NCBI GenBank assembly: GCA_020630175.1 | Contig: JAHDBW010000004.1 | Span: 8,694 to 72,693, forward strand | DNA length: 64,000 nt | Direction: 5' to 3' | Source: Anaerolineales bacterium | GTDB taxonomy: Bacteria; Chloroflexota; Anaerolineae; Anaerolineales; UBA6668 | In this document: positions 1-8,971 of the stretch, one piece after another | How the letters are laid out: every line of letters begins with the position of its first letter | Position numbering within the stretch: the stretch's first letter is position 1 | The notes under the pieces: generated by a model | What the model was told of the DNA's origin: nothing | The model's input: the letters and a program-made list of their open reading frames with translations, nothing else | Database searches by the model: none | Translations under genes and position numbers: made by a program

Positions 1-890
1 CATCGGCTAAGGAGCGCTTGGCGTTGTTGGAAACGCTAAACACCAATCTTTCCGTTGCTGATGAAACTTTTCTTGACGCCGCCCTAGACGACAAAAGTAA
101 ATTTGTACGCCAAGCCGCAGCGGAACTGCTAAAGCGTATTCCAGACTCAGCGTTTGTTCAGCGTATGACAACGCACGCCAAAACAATGCTCTTCATTACG
201 CGAGAAGGCCTGCTGAAAAAACGATTGGCTGTCAGACTTGAGCTGCCTAGCGCGCTGGCTCCCGCTGTTAGCCGTGATGGTGTGCGCGAGGAAGGCAAGC
301 CCAAAGGCATTGGGAAGAAAGCTTGGCGTTTTCAGCAGATTGTCTCGTGTGTGCCGCTTCAGACGTGGCGTCAAACGGACAGTCTCACCAACATTTTGAA
401 CGCATGCCCAGAAGAAGATCGGGGCTTGCTTTTTACCAGTTGGGTCGCGGCCTGTGAAGCAACCGGCACCGCGGCTGAAGCGCTTGAACTGGTGACGTAT
501 ATCCCTTCTGCGGATGCAATCAAAGCGCTGGCCCCGCTGCTGACACCCGCTCAAGTTGATGCGGTCACCATTACGCTTTTGCGCCGCGAACGGATGCTGT
601 CGCGCTCGCACGTTGGATTGTTGCTCTTGCAAACGGGCGCTCCTGCGTGGGGGGCGGCCTTACAAAAAGACCTTGTGGCCAGTATTAAGACCTCACTCAA
701 GAAATGGAGTAACGCTTGGCAAGCACGCCAGGTGCTTGAGCTTTTAGTCACGCTGATCCCAATCTCTCTTTTGCCGCAACTTAGAACGTTGGCAGCCACG
801 CTGGATGACAGCCCGGTCCAGATTCCATATACAGAATGTCTTGCCAAACTTGAATTTCGTGAACGAATGGCGCAGGCCATTAACGCTTAA
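1..890 (+). CDS. C-terminal part of a helical-repeat protein (DUF5691-like by synteny); 5' end lies outside the window
   Basis: The frame is open from nt 3 to the TAA at 888-890. The TTG at 18 follows AAGGAG by only 3 nt, so it is probably internal. There is a HEAT-like segment FVRQAAAELLKRIP. The gene sits directly upstream of the AAA_5/DUF5682/VWA genes. Confidence 0.5.
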   Translation, partial: SAKERLALLETLNTNLSVADETFLDAALDDKSKFVRQAAAELLKRIPDSAFVQRMTTHAKTMLFITREGLLKKRLAVRLELPSALAPAVSRDGVREEGKPKGIGKKAWRFQQIVSCVPLQTWRQTDSLTNILNACPEEDRGLLFTSWVAACEATGTAAEALELVTYIPSADAIKALAPLLTPAQVDAVTITLLRRERMLSRSHVGLLLLQTGAPAWGAALQKDLVASIKTSLKKWSNAWQARQVLELLVTLIPISLLPQLRTLAATLDDSPVQIPYTECLAKLEFRERMAQAINA

Positions 891-927
891 CTTTGCTCAG
901 TCTCATATTTATAAACGGAAAAATCTT

Positions 928-2016
928 ATGACAAACTCACAACTACGCTTGAGTGCTGAAACCCAATTTGCAGAAGAACTGGCCGCTTTACGTGCCGCTG
1001 ATACTGGCGTCAAGCCCCGCAACTGGGTGCTTTCTCCGGCTTCGGTCGTGCTGTACTTAATGGGCGGCACAACGCGTAATGGCGCTGTGATCTCTCCTAA
1101 ATATATTGGCAACCCGCGCCTAATGGAAATTGCTGTTGCAACGCTGGCAACCGACCGTGCACTGCTGTTGTATGGCGTGCCGGGCACTGGTAAAAGCTGG
1201 GTGTCTGAACATTTGGCGGCCGCCATTTCTGGCGATTCGACGCTGATTGTGCAAGGCACTGCTGGCACTAGTGAAGAAGCGATTCGCTACGCGTGGAACT
1301 ATGCCAAGTTGCTGGCGCATGGCCCAACGCGCGACGCAATGGTCGAAAGCCCCGTGATGTGGGCTATGCAAGAAGGCAAGACCATGCGCATTGAAGAGCT
1401 AACACGCATCCCCAGCGATGTGCAGGACACGCTCATCACAATTTTGTCTGAAAAATCATTACCATTGCCAGAGCTGCGGTCTCAAGTGAATGCTGAAAAA
1501 GGGTTCAACGTGATTGCCACAGCCAATAACAAAGATAAAGGCGTCAACGAGCTGTCTAGCGCGCTCAAGCGGCGTTTCAATACGGTTGTTTTACCACCGC
1601 CCGCCACGATTGATGAAGAGGTTTCAATTGTGCAGCAGCGCGTGACGGCGCTAGGGCAAGCCCTAGAATTGCCGGTTGCAAAACCAGCGCTGGAAGAAGT
1701 GCGCCGCGTGGTAACCGTCTTCCGTGAGTTGCGCAATGGCGTGACGTTGGATGGCACTAGTAAACTGAAAAGCCCAACGGGAACCCTTTCTACCGCAGAA
1801 GCAATTAGCGTGGTGAATCATGGCCTGACAATGGCAAGCTACTTTGGCAATGGTGCGCTGCAAGCCTCAGACTTGGCGGCTGGATTCTTAGGTGCTGTGG
1901 TCAAAGATCCCGTGCAAGATCAGGTGATTTGGGAAGAATATTTGGAGACCGTCGTAAAAGAACGTGACGGCTGGCGTGATGTGTACCGCGCTTGCCGTGA
2001 TTTGAATGAAGCTTAA
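928..2016 (+). CDS. AAA+ ATPase, AAA_5 (MoxR/CbbQ/dynein-related) subfamily
   Basis: Walker A GVPGTGKS, Walker B-like MRIEELTR, sensor ATAN and ALKRRF arginine. The track start at 805 overlaps the upstream gene; the ATG at 928 (MTNSQLR) follows that gene's stop. Confidence 0.85.
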   Translation: MTNSQLRLSAETQFAEELAALRAADTGVKPRNWVLSPASVVLYLMGGTTRNGAVISPKYIGNPRLMEIAVATLATDRALLLYGVPGTGKSWVSEHLAAAISGDSTLIVQGTAGTSEEAIRYAWNYAKLLAHGPTRDAMVESPVMWAMQEGKTMRIEELTRIPSDVQDTLITILSEKSLPLPELRSQVNAEKGFNVIATANNKDKGVNELSSALKRRFNTVVLPPPATIDEEVSIVQQRVTALGQALELPVAKPALEEVRRVVTVFRELRNGVTLDGTSKLKSPTGTLSTAEAISVVNHGLTMASYFGNGALQASDLAAGFLGAVVKDPVQDQVIWEEYLETVVKERDGWRDVYRACRDLNEA

Positions 2017-2033
2017 GCGGTAGGCATTCCATT

Positions 2034-4334
2034 ATGTCAACACTTTCAATTTTTGGAATTAGGCATCACGGCCCAGGCTCTGCGCGCAGTTTACGGCAAG
2101 CCTTGATCGACTTGGCACCAGATTGCATTTTAGTAGAAGGGCCGCCAGAAGCAGACGCAATTTTGCACCACATCCAAAGCACAGAAATGCAGCCGCCGTT
2201 AGCGCTGTTACTCTACGCTAAGGACATGCCCAAGCATGCGGCGTTTTATCCGTTTGCGGCGTATTCACCGGAATGGCAAGCACTGCAATATGGCTTGCGT
2301 GAGCAAATCCCCACGCGCTTTATGGACTTACCGAGCGCCTTTCGATTTGCCCATGACTTAGCGCAGGCCGCCGACGCAGACCAACTGCCGAGCGCACCAG
2401 ATCCTCAGCCGACTCAGCCGCAAGATCCATTGGCGCAAGTGGCGAATAAGCGCCCAAGTGTGCGTCAAGACCCGCTAGGGTGGGTGGCAGAAGCGGCTGG
2501 CTATAGCGATGGCGAGCGCTGGTGGGAACAGCTTGTGGAAGAGCGCACGGCCTCTGAAGGCGTGTTTGCGGCGATTTTAGACTTGATGACAGCGCTGCGT
2601 GAGGAAGCAGATAAAGAAGACGCGCCAGATATTTGGGAACAGCGCCGGGAAGCGTACATGCGCAAATGCATCCGCGACGCGCAAAAGGCGGGCCATCAGA
2701 ACATTGCTGTTGTGTGTGGAGCTTGGCACGCGCCGGTGCTACAAGTCAATCAGCGGCATACGCCAACGCGTAAACATGATACTGCCCTGTTGAAGGGGCT
2801 GCCAAAGGCCAAGGTTGCCGCCACATGGATTCCTTGGACGAGTGCCCGTTTAGCACGTAACAGCGGCTATGGCGCGGGCGTTGATGCGCCGGGCTGGTAT
2901 GCCCACATGTGGCGCTATAGCGCCGCCGGAACCCGCGAACTTTCAACGCAATGGCTAACCCGCACCGCCCGGCTGTTGCGCACGGAAGGCATTGCGGCTT
3001 CAAGCGCGCAGGTGATTGATGGCGTGCGCTTGGCCGAGACGTTAGCGGCCATGCGCGGACGGACTGCAATTGGGTTGGCTGAGCTTAGTGAAGCCTCCTA
3101 TGCCGTATTTGCGAATGGCAACGCGGCTGTGCTAGATCTCATCAAGCAAAAGCTGATTGTTGGCGATGTGTTGGGCGCGGTGAGTGCGGCTGTGCCGACC
3201 ACACCGTTACAACTGGACTTGCATAAATCTCAGAAACGCCTGCGCTTGGCAGCCAATGCAGTTGAAAAGCAATTGGTGCTAGATTTGCGCAAACCAAATG
3301 ATTTGGCGCGGTCGCAATTGCTGCATCGGCTGCGGCTGTTGGGCGTGCCTTGGGGCGTGCCGCTGAGAACGAGCGGTAAAGGCACCTTCAAAGAAGGGTG
3401 GCAATTGCAATGGCAGCCCGAGTTTGAGGTACGCGTGATCGAAGCCGGGCGTTATGGGCAATCGCTTGCGCAGGCCAGTAGTCACTATGTGACCGAGATG
3501 AGTGCAACTGCACAAAACCTAGCAGAATTGACTGCATTATTGGATGACACGCTGCTGGCAGACTTGCCTGATGCCACAACGCAATTGGTGCAACGTATTC
3601 ATATCAGTGCTGCGGAAGCCAATGATATGCAGCATCTGATGCAAGCGTTGCCGCAGCTCACGCACGTATTGCGCTATGGCAATGTTCGGACGCAACATCA
3701 ACAGGATGTGACCGGCTTAGAAAGCGTGGTTCAAGGGATTTTTACACGCATCTGTGTTGGGTTGCCGATGGCGTGCCGTTCGTTGGCAGCTGAAGCGGCT
3801 GAAACGATGTTCACGCATTTGTTGCAGGTGCATGCGGCGGTCAAGTTGTTGCAGAATCAAGCCCAAATTTCACAGTGGCTGGATACCTTGGCGCAAATGC
3901 GCACGCTGGAAAGTGTGCACGCCTTGATCAAGGGCCGCGTCAATAAGATCTTGTTCGAAGAAGAGCGACTGGACTCGTATGCGGTGGCGCAGGCTTTAGG
4001 CTTAGCGTTATCTGATCCGGACTTAGAGCAAGCCGGTGCGTGGCTAGAAGGCTTGCTACAAGATGGCGGCTTGCTGCTGATGCATGATGATGCGTTGTTT
4101 GATGTGATTGATAGCTGGTTTGAGACGCTCTCAAGTGACAGCTTCCGGCAAGTTTTACCGCTTGTGCGGCGCACCTTTGCGAGTTTCGAGGTTGGCGAAC
4201 GGCATAACATCGGGCGCAAGGCGAAGGGAGATCGGCAACGGCAGGTAATGCCGACATTTACACTCAATCCACAGCGTGGGCAGGGTGTTTTAGAGCATAT
4301 TCAGGCCTTGATTGGCACAGCCCAACTAAGCTAG
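2034..4334 (+). CDS. Large conserved protein of unknown function, DUF5682-like
   Basis: 766 aa. The N-terminus IFGIRHHGPGSARSLRQAL...ILVEGPPE is what I recall for DUF5682. It starts 17 nt after the ATPase gene and ends 9 nt before the VWA gene. Confidence 0.6.
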   Translation: MSTLSIFGIRHHGPGSARSLRQALIDLAPDCILVEGPPEADAILHHIQSTEMQPPLALLLYAKDMPKHAAFYPFAAYSPEWQALQYGLREQIPTRFMDLPSAFRFAHDLAQAADADQLPSAPDPQPTQPQDPLAQVANKRPSVRQDPLGWVAEAAGYSDGERWWEQLVEERTASEGVFAAILDLMTALREEADKEDAPDIWEQRREAYMRKCIRDAQKAGHQNIAVVCGAWHAPVLQVNQRHTPTRKHDTALLKGLPKAKVAATWIPWTSARLARNSGYGAGVDAPGWYAHMWRYSAAGTRELSTQWLTRTARLLRTEGIAASSAQVIDGVRLAETLAAMRGRTAIGLAELSEASYAVFANGNAAVLDLIKQKLIVGDVLGAVSAAVPTTPLQLDLHKSQKRLRLAANAVEKQLVLDLRKPNDLARSQLLHRLRLLGVPWGVPLRTSGKGTFKEGWQLQWQPEFEVRVIEAGRYGQSLAQASSHYVTEMSATAQNLAELTALLDDTLLADLPDATTQLVQRIHISAAEANDMQHLMQALPQLTHVLRYGNVRTQHQQDVTGLESVVQGIFTRICVGLPMACRSLAAEAAETMFTHLLQVHAAVKLLQNQAQISQWLDTLAQMRTLESVHALIKGRVNKILFEEERLDSYAVAQALGLALSDPDLEQAGAWLEGLLQDGGLLLMHDDALFDVIDSWFETLSSDSFRQVLPLVRRTFASFEVGERHNIGRKAKGDRQRQVMPTFTLNPQRGQGVLEHIQALIGTAQLS

Positions 4335-4343
4335 CGGAGACCT

Positions 4344-5501
4344 ATGATGACAGACGTAAAAAGACTACGCCGCTGGCGGATGGCGCTTGGCGGTGAACAA
4401 GATGGAACTGGCGTTAGCTTATCTGGCATGGATATGCGCCTTGATCAAACATTGGGCGCGTTATATGACGGCACAGGTCAAGGGCAGACTGGCGGGCTTG
4501 GCAAGAGTAAGCCAAACGTGGCCCGCTGGTTGGGGGATATCCGTGAGTTTTTTCCAGCTAGCATGGTCAAGGTGTTGCAGCGTGACGCGTTTGAACGCCA
4601 CAATTTGCGTGAAATGTTGCTAGAACCAGAACTAATGGAAGGCCTCACGCCAGATGTACATTTGGCCGCGGATTTGCTGAGCTTGAAAGACATTATGCCT
4701 GCGACTGCCAAGGCTACGGCGCGCGTTATTGTGCAGCGCATTGTCGAGGAACTGACGCAAAAGCTAACCGAGCCTATGCGAACCGCAATTAGCGGCAGCC
4801 TCAATCGGGCCGTGCGCAACATGCGTCCTCGGCACAATGAAATTGACTGGCCCCGAACGATCAAGGCAAATTTGAAGCACTATCAAGCCGAGTACAAAAC
4901 GATTATCCCTGAAAAACGCATTGGGTATGGCCGACGTCGCAATGCATTGAAGCAAGTTGTGCTGTGCGTTGACCAAAGCGGTAGTATGGGCGCATCTGTT
5001 GTGTATTCTGGCGTGTTTGGCGCGGTGTTGGCTAGCTTGCCGGCCTTGAAAACGCGCATGGTTGTGTTTGATACCGCTGTAGTGGACTTAAGCGAAAACC
5101 TTGCTGACCCAGTGGATTTGCTGTTTGGTGTGCAGTTGGGTGGCGGAACGGATATCAACCGCGCCTTAGCATATTGCCAGTCGCAGATTACTAATCCAAG
5201 TGACACAATTTTGGTGCTAGTGAGCGACTTATACGAGGGTGGCAATCGTGATGAAATGTTGCAGCGGGCAGCGTCTCTCAAGGCGAGCGGGGTGCAGATG
5301 ATCGCTTTACTGGCTTTGTCAGACGATGGCCGCCCCAGCTTTGATCATGAGATTGCTGCAAAGTATGCTGCGTTGGGAATCCCTTCGTTCGCCTGCACGC
5401 CCGATAAATTTGCCGATTTGATGGCAGCGGCCATCAATAAAGAGGACATTGGCAATTGGGCTGCTAAACATGAAATTGTGACCAGCAGCAAGATGGAATA
5501 A
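4344..5501 (+). CDS. von Willebrand factor A (VWA) domain protein
   Basis: MIDAS-type motif VVLCVDQSGSMG, followed by the downstream GGGTDI and VLVSDLYEGG elements typical of VWA folds. The tandem ATGATG leaves the start ambiguous between 4344 and 4347. Confidence 0.8.
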   Translation: MMTDVKRLRRWRMALGGEQDGTGVSLSGMDMRLDQTLGALYDGTGQGQTGGLGKSKPNVARWLGDIREFFPASMVKVLQRDAFERHNLREMLLEPELMEGLTPDVHLAADLLSLKDIMPATAKATARVIVQRIVEELTQKLTEPMRTAISGSLNRAVRNMRPRHNEIDWPRTIKANLKHYQAEYKTIIPEKRIGYGRRRNALKQVVLCVDQSGSMGASVVYSGVFGAVLASLPALKTRMVVFDTAVVDLSENLADPVDLLFGVQLGGGTDINRALAYCQSQITNPSDTILVLVSDLYEGGNRDEMLQRAASLKASGVQMIALLALSDDGRPSFDHEIAAKYAALGIPSFACTPDKFADLMAAAINKEDIGNWAAKHEIVTSSKME

Positions 5502-5641
5502 CGCTGCTTGAAATTGCCATCACTGTTTGATTACCTAAGCAGCAAGCGCTTAATTGGCTAAGCATGATTTGAATCAGAGCGTAACGCTGCGCTTTTGGAG
5601 TGCGGCTAGCTGCTGTTGCAGCGCTGGTAATTCAGGGGACG

Positions 5642-6259
5642 TTAGATTTCGATATCGGCTAAGTCGGCATCTTCAAGCCAAATCGAATACGTTAGGATGG
5701 GCTTAGCGTGGGTGCGAATTGCGTGCGGCGTATTGCTTGGAATGTAGAGTGCGTCGCCAGCGTTGAGTGCCTGCCAATCTTGCGTGCCCAGTTGCCATTC
5801 GCCACCAGCAGTTATTGCTAAATAGATTTCATTTGGTGGATGCTGGTGCGTTTTATAGAGGGTGTGCGGGCCAAATAAAACAAACCAGCCCATCGGTAAC
5901 GTTGGGCCTTGTAGCGGGCCATCTGCACTGGTTAGCGTGGCGTGGCAGAAATTATCCAAGAACTGCTGTCCCACATTGGCAACCGTGTAATTTGGATTTT
6001 GACGCCATGTTAGCAACGACTGCACCTCGGCCAGTAGTGCCATAACCTGCGCCATGGCACCAGCGTGGGGGGATGCTAAAAGTGTCGGAATGAATTGCGT
6101 TGCGCGTGGTTGTTGTCCCATCAACACTGGGCTATAGGTAGTGTTAGTGATATTGGGCAGGTCTATTTTCTGGCCGGTGCGCACGTCTGGCGTTTGCTGA
6201 ATATGCTGGTGGATGGCTGTTGCCAGCGTTTGTAAACGCGTTGTGGGATCAGACGCCAT
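5642..6259 (-). CDS. Cupin-fold protein
   Basis: 205 aa. The C-terminal segment HQHPPNEIYLAITAGGEW...GDALYIPSNTPHAIR resembles the two-motif cupin barrel. Confidence 0.55.
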   Translation of the reverse strand: MASDPTTRLQTLATAIHQHIQQTPDVRTGQKIDLPNITNTTYSPVLMGQQPRATQFIPTLLASPHAGAMAQVMALLAEVQSLLTWRQNPNYTVANVGQQFLDNFCHATLTSADGPLQGPTLPMGWFVLFGPHTLYKTHQHPPNEIYLAITAGGEWQLGTQDWQALNAGDALYIPSNTPHAIRTHAKPILTYSIWLEDADLADIEI

Positions 6260-6265
6260 GATGAT

Positions 6266-6706
6266 TTACTTTTCCAAATGGTTTTTTAGACCGGCCAGCA
6301 GCTCGCCCATCCCCTTTTGGTACGTACGCTTCACCATTACCATATCTAGCAAACTACCTAGCGGGCCAAACTTCAAGTCGTAAATCGGCGAGACCGTCAC
6401 CTCCGTTGCTGCACCGTTTGGCTGGAGTGTGAAGCGAATATCGGCACTTTTGAATGGCATATTGGTGCCCACAATGCGAAACGTAATCGCGTTGGGCGCA
6501 TCATGCTTGACCACTTCCTCATCTAAGTAATTCTTGCCGCCTAGATCACAATGACGTCTTGCCCCAACAGCGACTGCTCCAGCAGACGTTTGGTGTGAGC
6601 CAACAACACCCGGATTCCAAAGATGTATTCCCCCAATATCGGCTAGCGCCGCCCACACTTTTTCTTGCGGGGCGTTGATTGTGATGTGTTCTGCAAACTC
6701 AGTCAT
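6266..6706 (-). CDS. SRPBCC (polyketide cyclase/START-like) family protein
   Basis: MTEFAEHITINAPQEKVWAALADIGGIHLWNPGV is typical of the SRPBCC family. The start is moved to ATG 6704-6706, which follows a GGAG Shine-Dalgarno (SD) sequence; the track start at 6856 runs through AT-rich promoter DNA. Confidence 0.75.
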   Translation of the reverse strand: MTEFAEHITINAPQEKVWAALADIGGIHLWNPGVVGSHQTSAGAVAVGARRHCDLGGKNYLDEEVVKHDAPNAITFRIVGTNMPFKSADIRFTLQPNGAATEVTVSPIYDLKFGPLGSLLDMVMVKRTYQKGMGELLAGLKNHLEK

Positions 6707-6857
6707 GGTTGCTCCTTTTTCAGTCGTTTTTCCTCTAGATTTTACTCGGGAATGGATTGTGAATAGAAGTCGGTTACATACCGTTTTCAAATGGTTTAGG
6801 AGGTAAAACGTAAGTTTTATTAAGGTAAGTAAGGTTAGATCATTACTAACTCTCAAT

Positions 6858-6893
6858 AGACTTTGCTCAAACTTAAAATTTTGAGCAAAGTCT
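6858..6893. promoter_or_regulatory. Perfect 14-bp inverted repeat (AGACTTTGCTCAAA / TTTGAGCAAAGTCT) with an 8-nt spacer in a divergent promoter region
   Basis: Read directly: arms at 6858-6871 and 6880-6893. It lies between the minus-strand SRPBCC gene and mraZ, so it is upstream of both genes and not at a 3' end. Confidence 0.4.
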
Positions 6894-6945
6894 GACTAAA
6901 ACACAATTTTTCAGCGGAATTTGATTGCATGAATTGTGCCGTCAA

Positions 6946-6980
6946 TGGTATAAATTGATTGTGAAGTGGGGCGAAGTGGG
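6946..6980 (+). promoter_or_regulatory. Candidate mraZ promoter (extended -10 TGGTATAAAT) plus two direct GAAGTGGG repeats at 10-bp spacing (MraZ-box-like)
   Basis: TGG+TATAAAT at 6946-6955. GAAGTGGG occurs at 6963-6970 and 6973-6980. MraZ is known to bind GTGGG-type direct repeats spaced one helical turn apart in its own promoter. Confidence 0.45.
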
Positions 6981-7049
6981 ACAAAATGTTTTATAAAGTT
7001 GCGTCGGTGGTAAATCCGGCGCTTTTACGTTAAATCAGTAAACGAACAA

Positions 7050-7490
7050 ATGTTTTTTGTTGGCGAGAATACACTCAAATTAGATAGCAAAGGCAGGCTG
7101 ACTATTCCTGCCAAGCATCGTGACAAATTTGTCGCGGGCTGTGTGCTGTCTTATGGGTACGATGGCGAACCAACGCTCAACTTATACGACACTGCGACGT
7201 TCCAGAAAGTTGGAAGTCAGTTCAAAAAGCTACCGTTTACGAAAGAAAAAAATCGCCGCTTGCAACGCAAGTTCTTCTCACAGTCTGAAGAGCTTAGCCT
7301 AGATAAAGCAGGGCGCATTTTATTACCAGCTGCAATGCGCGAGTCCATTGGCATTGCAAATGAAGTTGTTTTTGCCGGCGTTGGGTCCCATGTAGAACTT
7401 TGGGCGCCAGACCGTTGGCACGCAACGACTGAAGGTGATGATGACGATGCGCTATTTGAAGCGCTAGATATGGCACTCAGCGATGACTGA
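7050..7490 (+). CDS. mraZ: Transcriptional regulator MraZ
   Basis: MFFVGENTLKLDSKGRLTIPAKHR and a second SpoVT/AbrB-like half, LDKAGRILLPAAMR. It is the first gene of the dcw cluster. Confidence 0.95.
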   Translation: MFFVGENTLKLDSKGRLTIPAKHRDKFVAGCVLSYGYDGEPTLNLYDTATFQKVGSQFKKLPFTKEKNRRLQRKFFSQSEELSLDKAGRILLPAAMRESIGIANEVVFAGVGSHVELWAPDRWHATTEGDDDDALFEALDMALSDD

Positions 7491-8415
7491 TCGCATCCAT
7501 ATCCCCGTCATGTTGACTGAAGTGCTAGATGGGCTAGCGCTACGGCCAGACGGTATTTATGTGGACGGCACCTTAGGGTTAGGCGGACACTCATTTGAAA
7601 TTCTAAAAGCAACTGCACCAACGGGTAAATTGGTGGGGTTTGATCGTGATCAACAGGCAATTGGTCATGCTGCGGAACATCTCACGCCTTATCAAGACCG
7701 TGCGCAATTGGTGCATGCTTCCTATATCGAGATGCGGGCGCAACTTGCGCGGTTAGAAATACCAGCTGTGGACGGCATTTTGCTGGACCTTGGGCTTTCT
7801 TCATTACAACTAGATCGTCCAGAGCGTGGCTTTTCATTTCGTGAAGCAGGTCCGCTCGACATGCGTTTTGACATGACAGCAGCGCTAACGGCCGCCGATA
7901 TTGTGAACACATGGGACGAAGAAGAGCTGGCGAACTTGATTTATCACTACGGTGAAGAACGTGCCAGCCGCCGAATTGCCAAGACAATTGTCAATAATCG
8001 GCCAATTTCAACAACAAAAGCGCTGGCGGAGGTTGTCGCAACTGCCATTCCGCCTAAGATGCGCCGCAAACTCAAAATTCATCCAGCAACGCGTACATTT
8101 CAAGCGTTGCGCATTGCTGTTAATAGCGAACTAAACGCGGTTGAAACCGTTATTCCTGAAGCGCTGGATTTGCTAGCGCCCGGCGGGCGGTTGGCAATTA
8201 TCAGCTTTCATTCACTAGAAGACCGCTTGGTAAAAGTGGCCTTTCGTGAAGCAGCAAAAGATTGCGTTTGCCCAGATGAACAACTGTTATGCGTTTGTGG
8301 GCACAGCCCGCAGATCAAATTGATTACAAGAAAACCATTAAAAGCGACGGCAGAGGAGATTGCGCAAAATCCACGCAGCCGCAGTGCAAAACTACGGATT
8401 GCTGAAAAAATTTGA
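7483..8415 (+). CDS. rsmH: 16S rRNA (cytosine1402-N4)-methyltransferase RsmH
   Basis: HIPVMLTEVL...YVDGTLGLGGHS...FDRD...LLDLGLSSLQLD...RGFSF motifs. It overlaps mraZ by 8 nt. Confidence 0.95.
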   Translation: MTDRIHIPVMLTEVLDGLALRPDGIYVDGTLGLGGHSFEILKATAPTGKLVGFDRDQQAIGHAAEHLTPYQDRAQLVHASYIEMRAQLARLEIPAVDGILLDLGLSSLQLDRPERGFSFREAGPLDMRFDMTAALTAADIVNTWDEEELANLIYHYGEERASRRIAKTIVNNRPISTTKALAEVVATAIPPKMRRKLKIHPATRTFQALRIAVNSELNAVETVIPEALDLLAPGGRLAIISFHSLEDRLVKVAFREAAKDCVCPDEQLLCVCGHSPQIKLITRKPLKATAEEIAQNPRSRSAKLRIAEKI

Positions 8416-8483
8416 TACGGCACAGCGCGTAAATTTACGCGTGATGGCATACACCTTGCAGGCTAGATAAGCCTAGTATTAAG

Positions 8484-8969
8484 GTGAAAATTATGACGAC
8501 TATGACACGATCCAGACAGCGACTAAACGCAAGTCCTAAACGCTTAGCAGGCGTCTTACGGGAAGCACCATGGCGTGCAGAAACCCGCAAGATGGCGCTC
8601 CTAGGTGTTTTGGGCGTATTTGCATTTATGTTAGCTGGGATGTATGTCCATGCTGGTGCACAAGCAGATATTGAATTTCGGAACGAGCAAAACTTACTGT
8701 CACAACGTGAAACGTTGTTTTTTGAAGTGAAGCGGCTAGAAGCTGACTTAGCCTCTGAATACGCCTACGACCGCATGTTGCAACGCGCTTATGCGCTTGG
8801 CTATGTGCCACAGGCCAATGACGCCATTGAATACGTGATTGTGCCGCCAGTTGCCAGCGCTGCTGACATCGTGCCAGCGGAGCAACCAGTGGAAATAGTG
8901 CCAACCGAAACGCTTTTAGAATGGGCGATTCGCGTTGGGGAAGACTTATTCGTAGCGGTGGGCGGCTAA
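8484..8969 (+). CDS. FtsL-like bitopic division protein (positional call)
   Basis: A single TM helix (MALLGVLGVFAFMLAGMYV) followed by a coiled-coil-like segment. It occupies the ftsL slot between rsmH and the PBP gene. No sequence motif confirms the identity. Confidence 0.45.
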   Translation: MKIMTTMTRSRQRLNASPKRLAGVLREAPWRAETRKMALLGVLGVFAFMLAGMYVHAGAQADIEFRNEQNLLSQRETLFFEVKRLEADLASEYAYDRMLQRAYALGYVPQANDAIEYVIVPPVASAADIVPAEQPVEIVPTETLLEWAIRVGEDLFVAVGG

Positions 8970-8971
8970 TC

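Noticed and set aside
805-927. N-terminal extensions in the ORF track. Track starts at 805, 6856, 8921, 13306, 20875, 42193, 45299, 49043 and 52298 are replaced by 928, 6706, 8972, 13357, 20947, 42211, 45257, 48959 and 52364.
   Set aside because: Each extension overlaps the preceding gene or promoter DNA. An internal ATG directly follows the neighbour's stop or forms an ATGA overlap, and the conserved N-terminal motifs begin at the shorter start.
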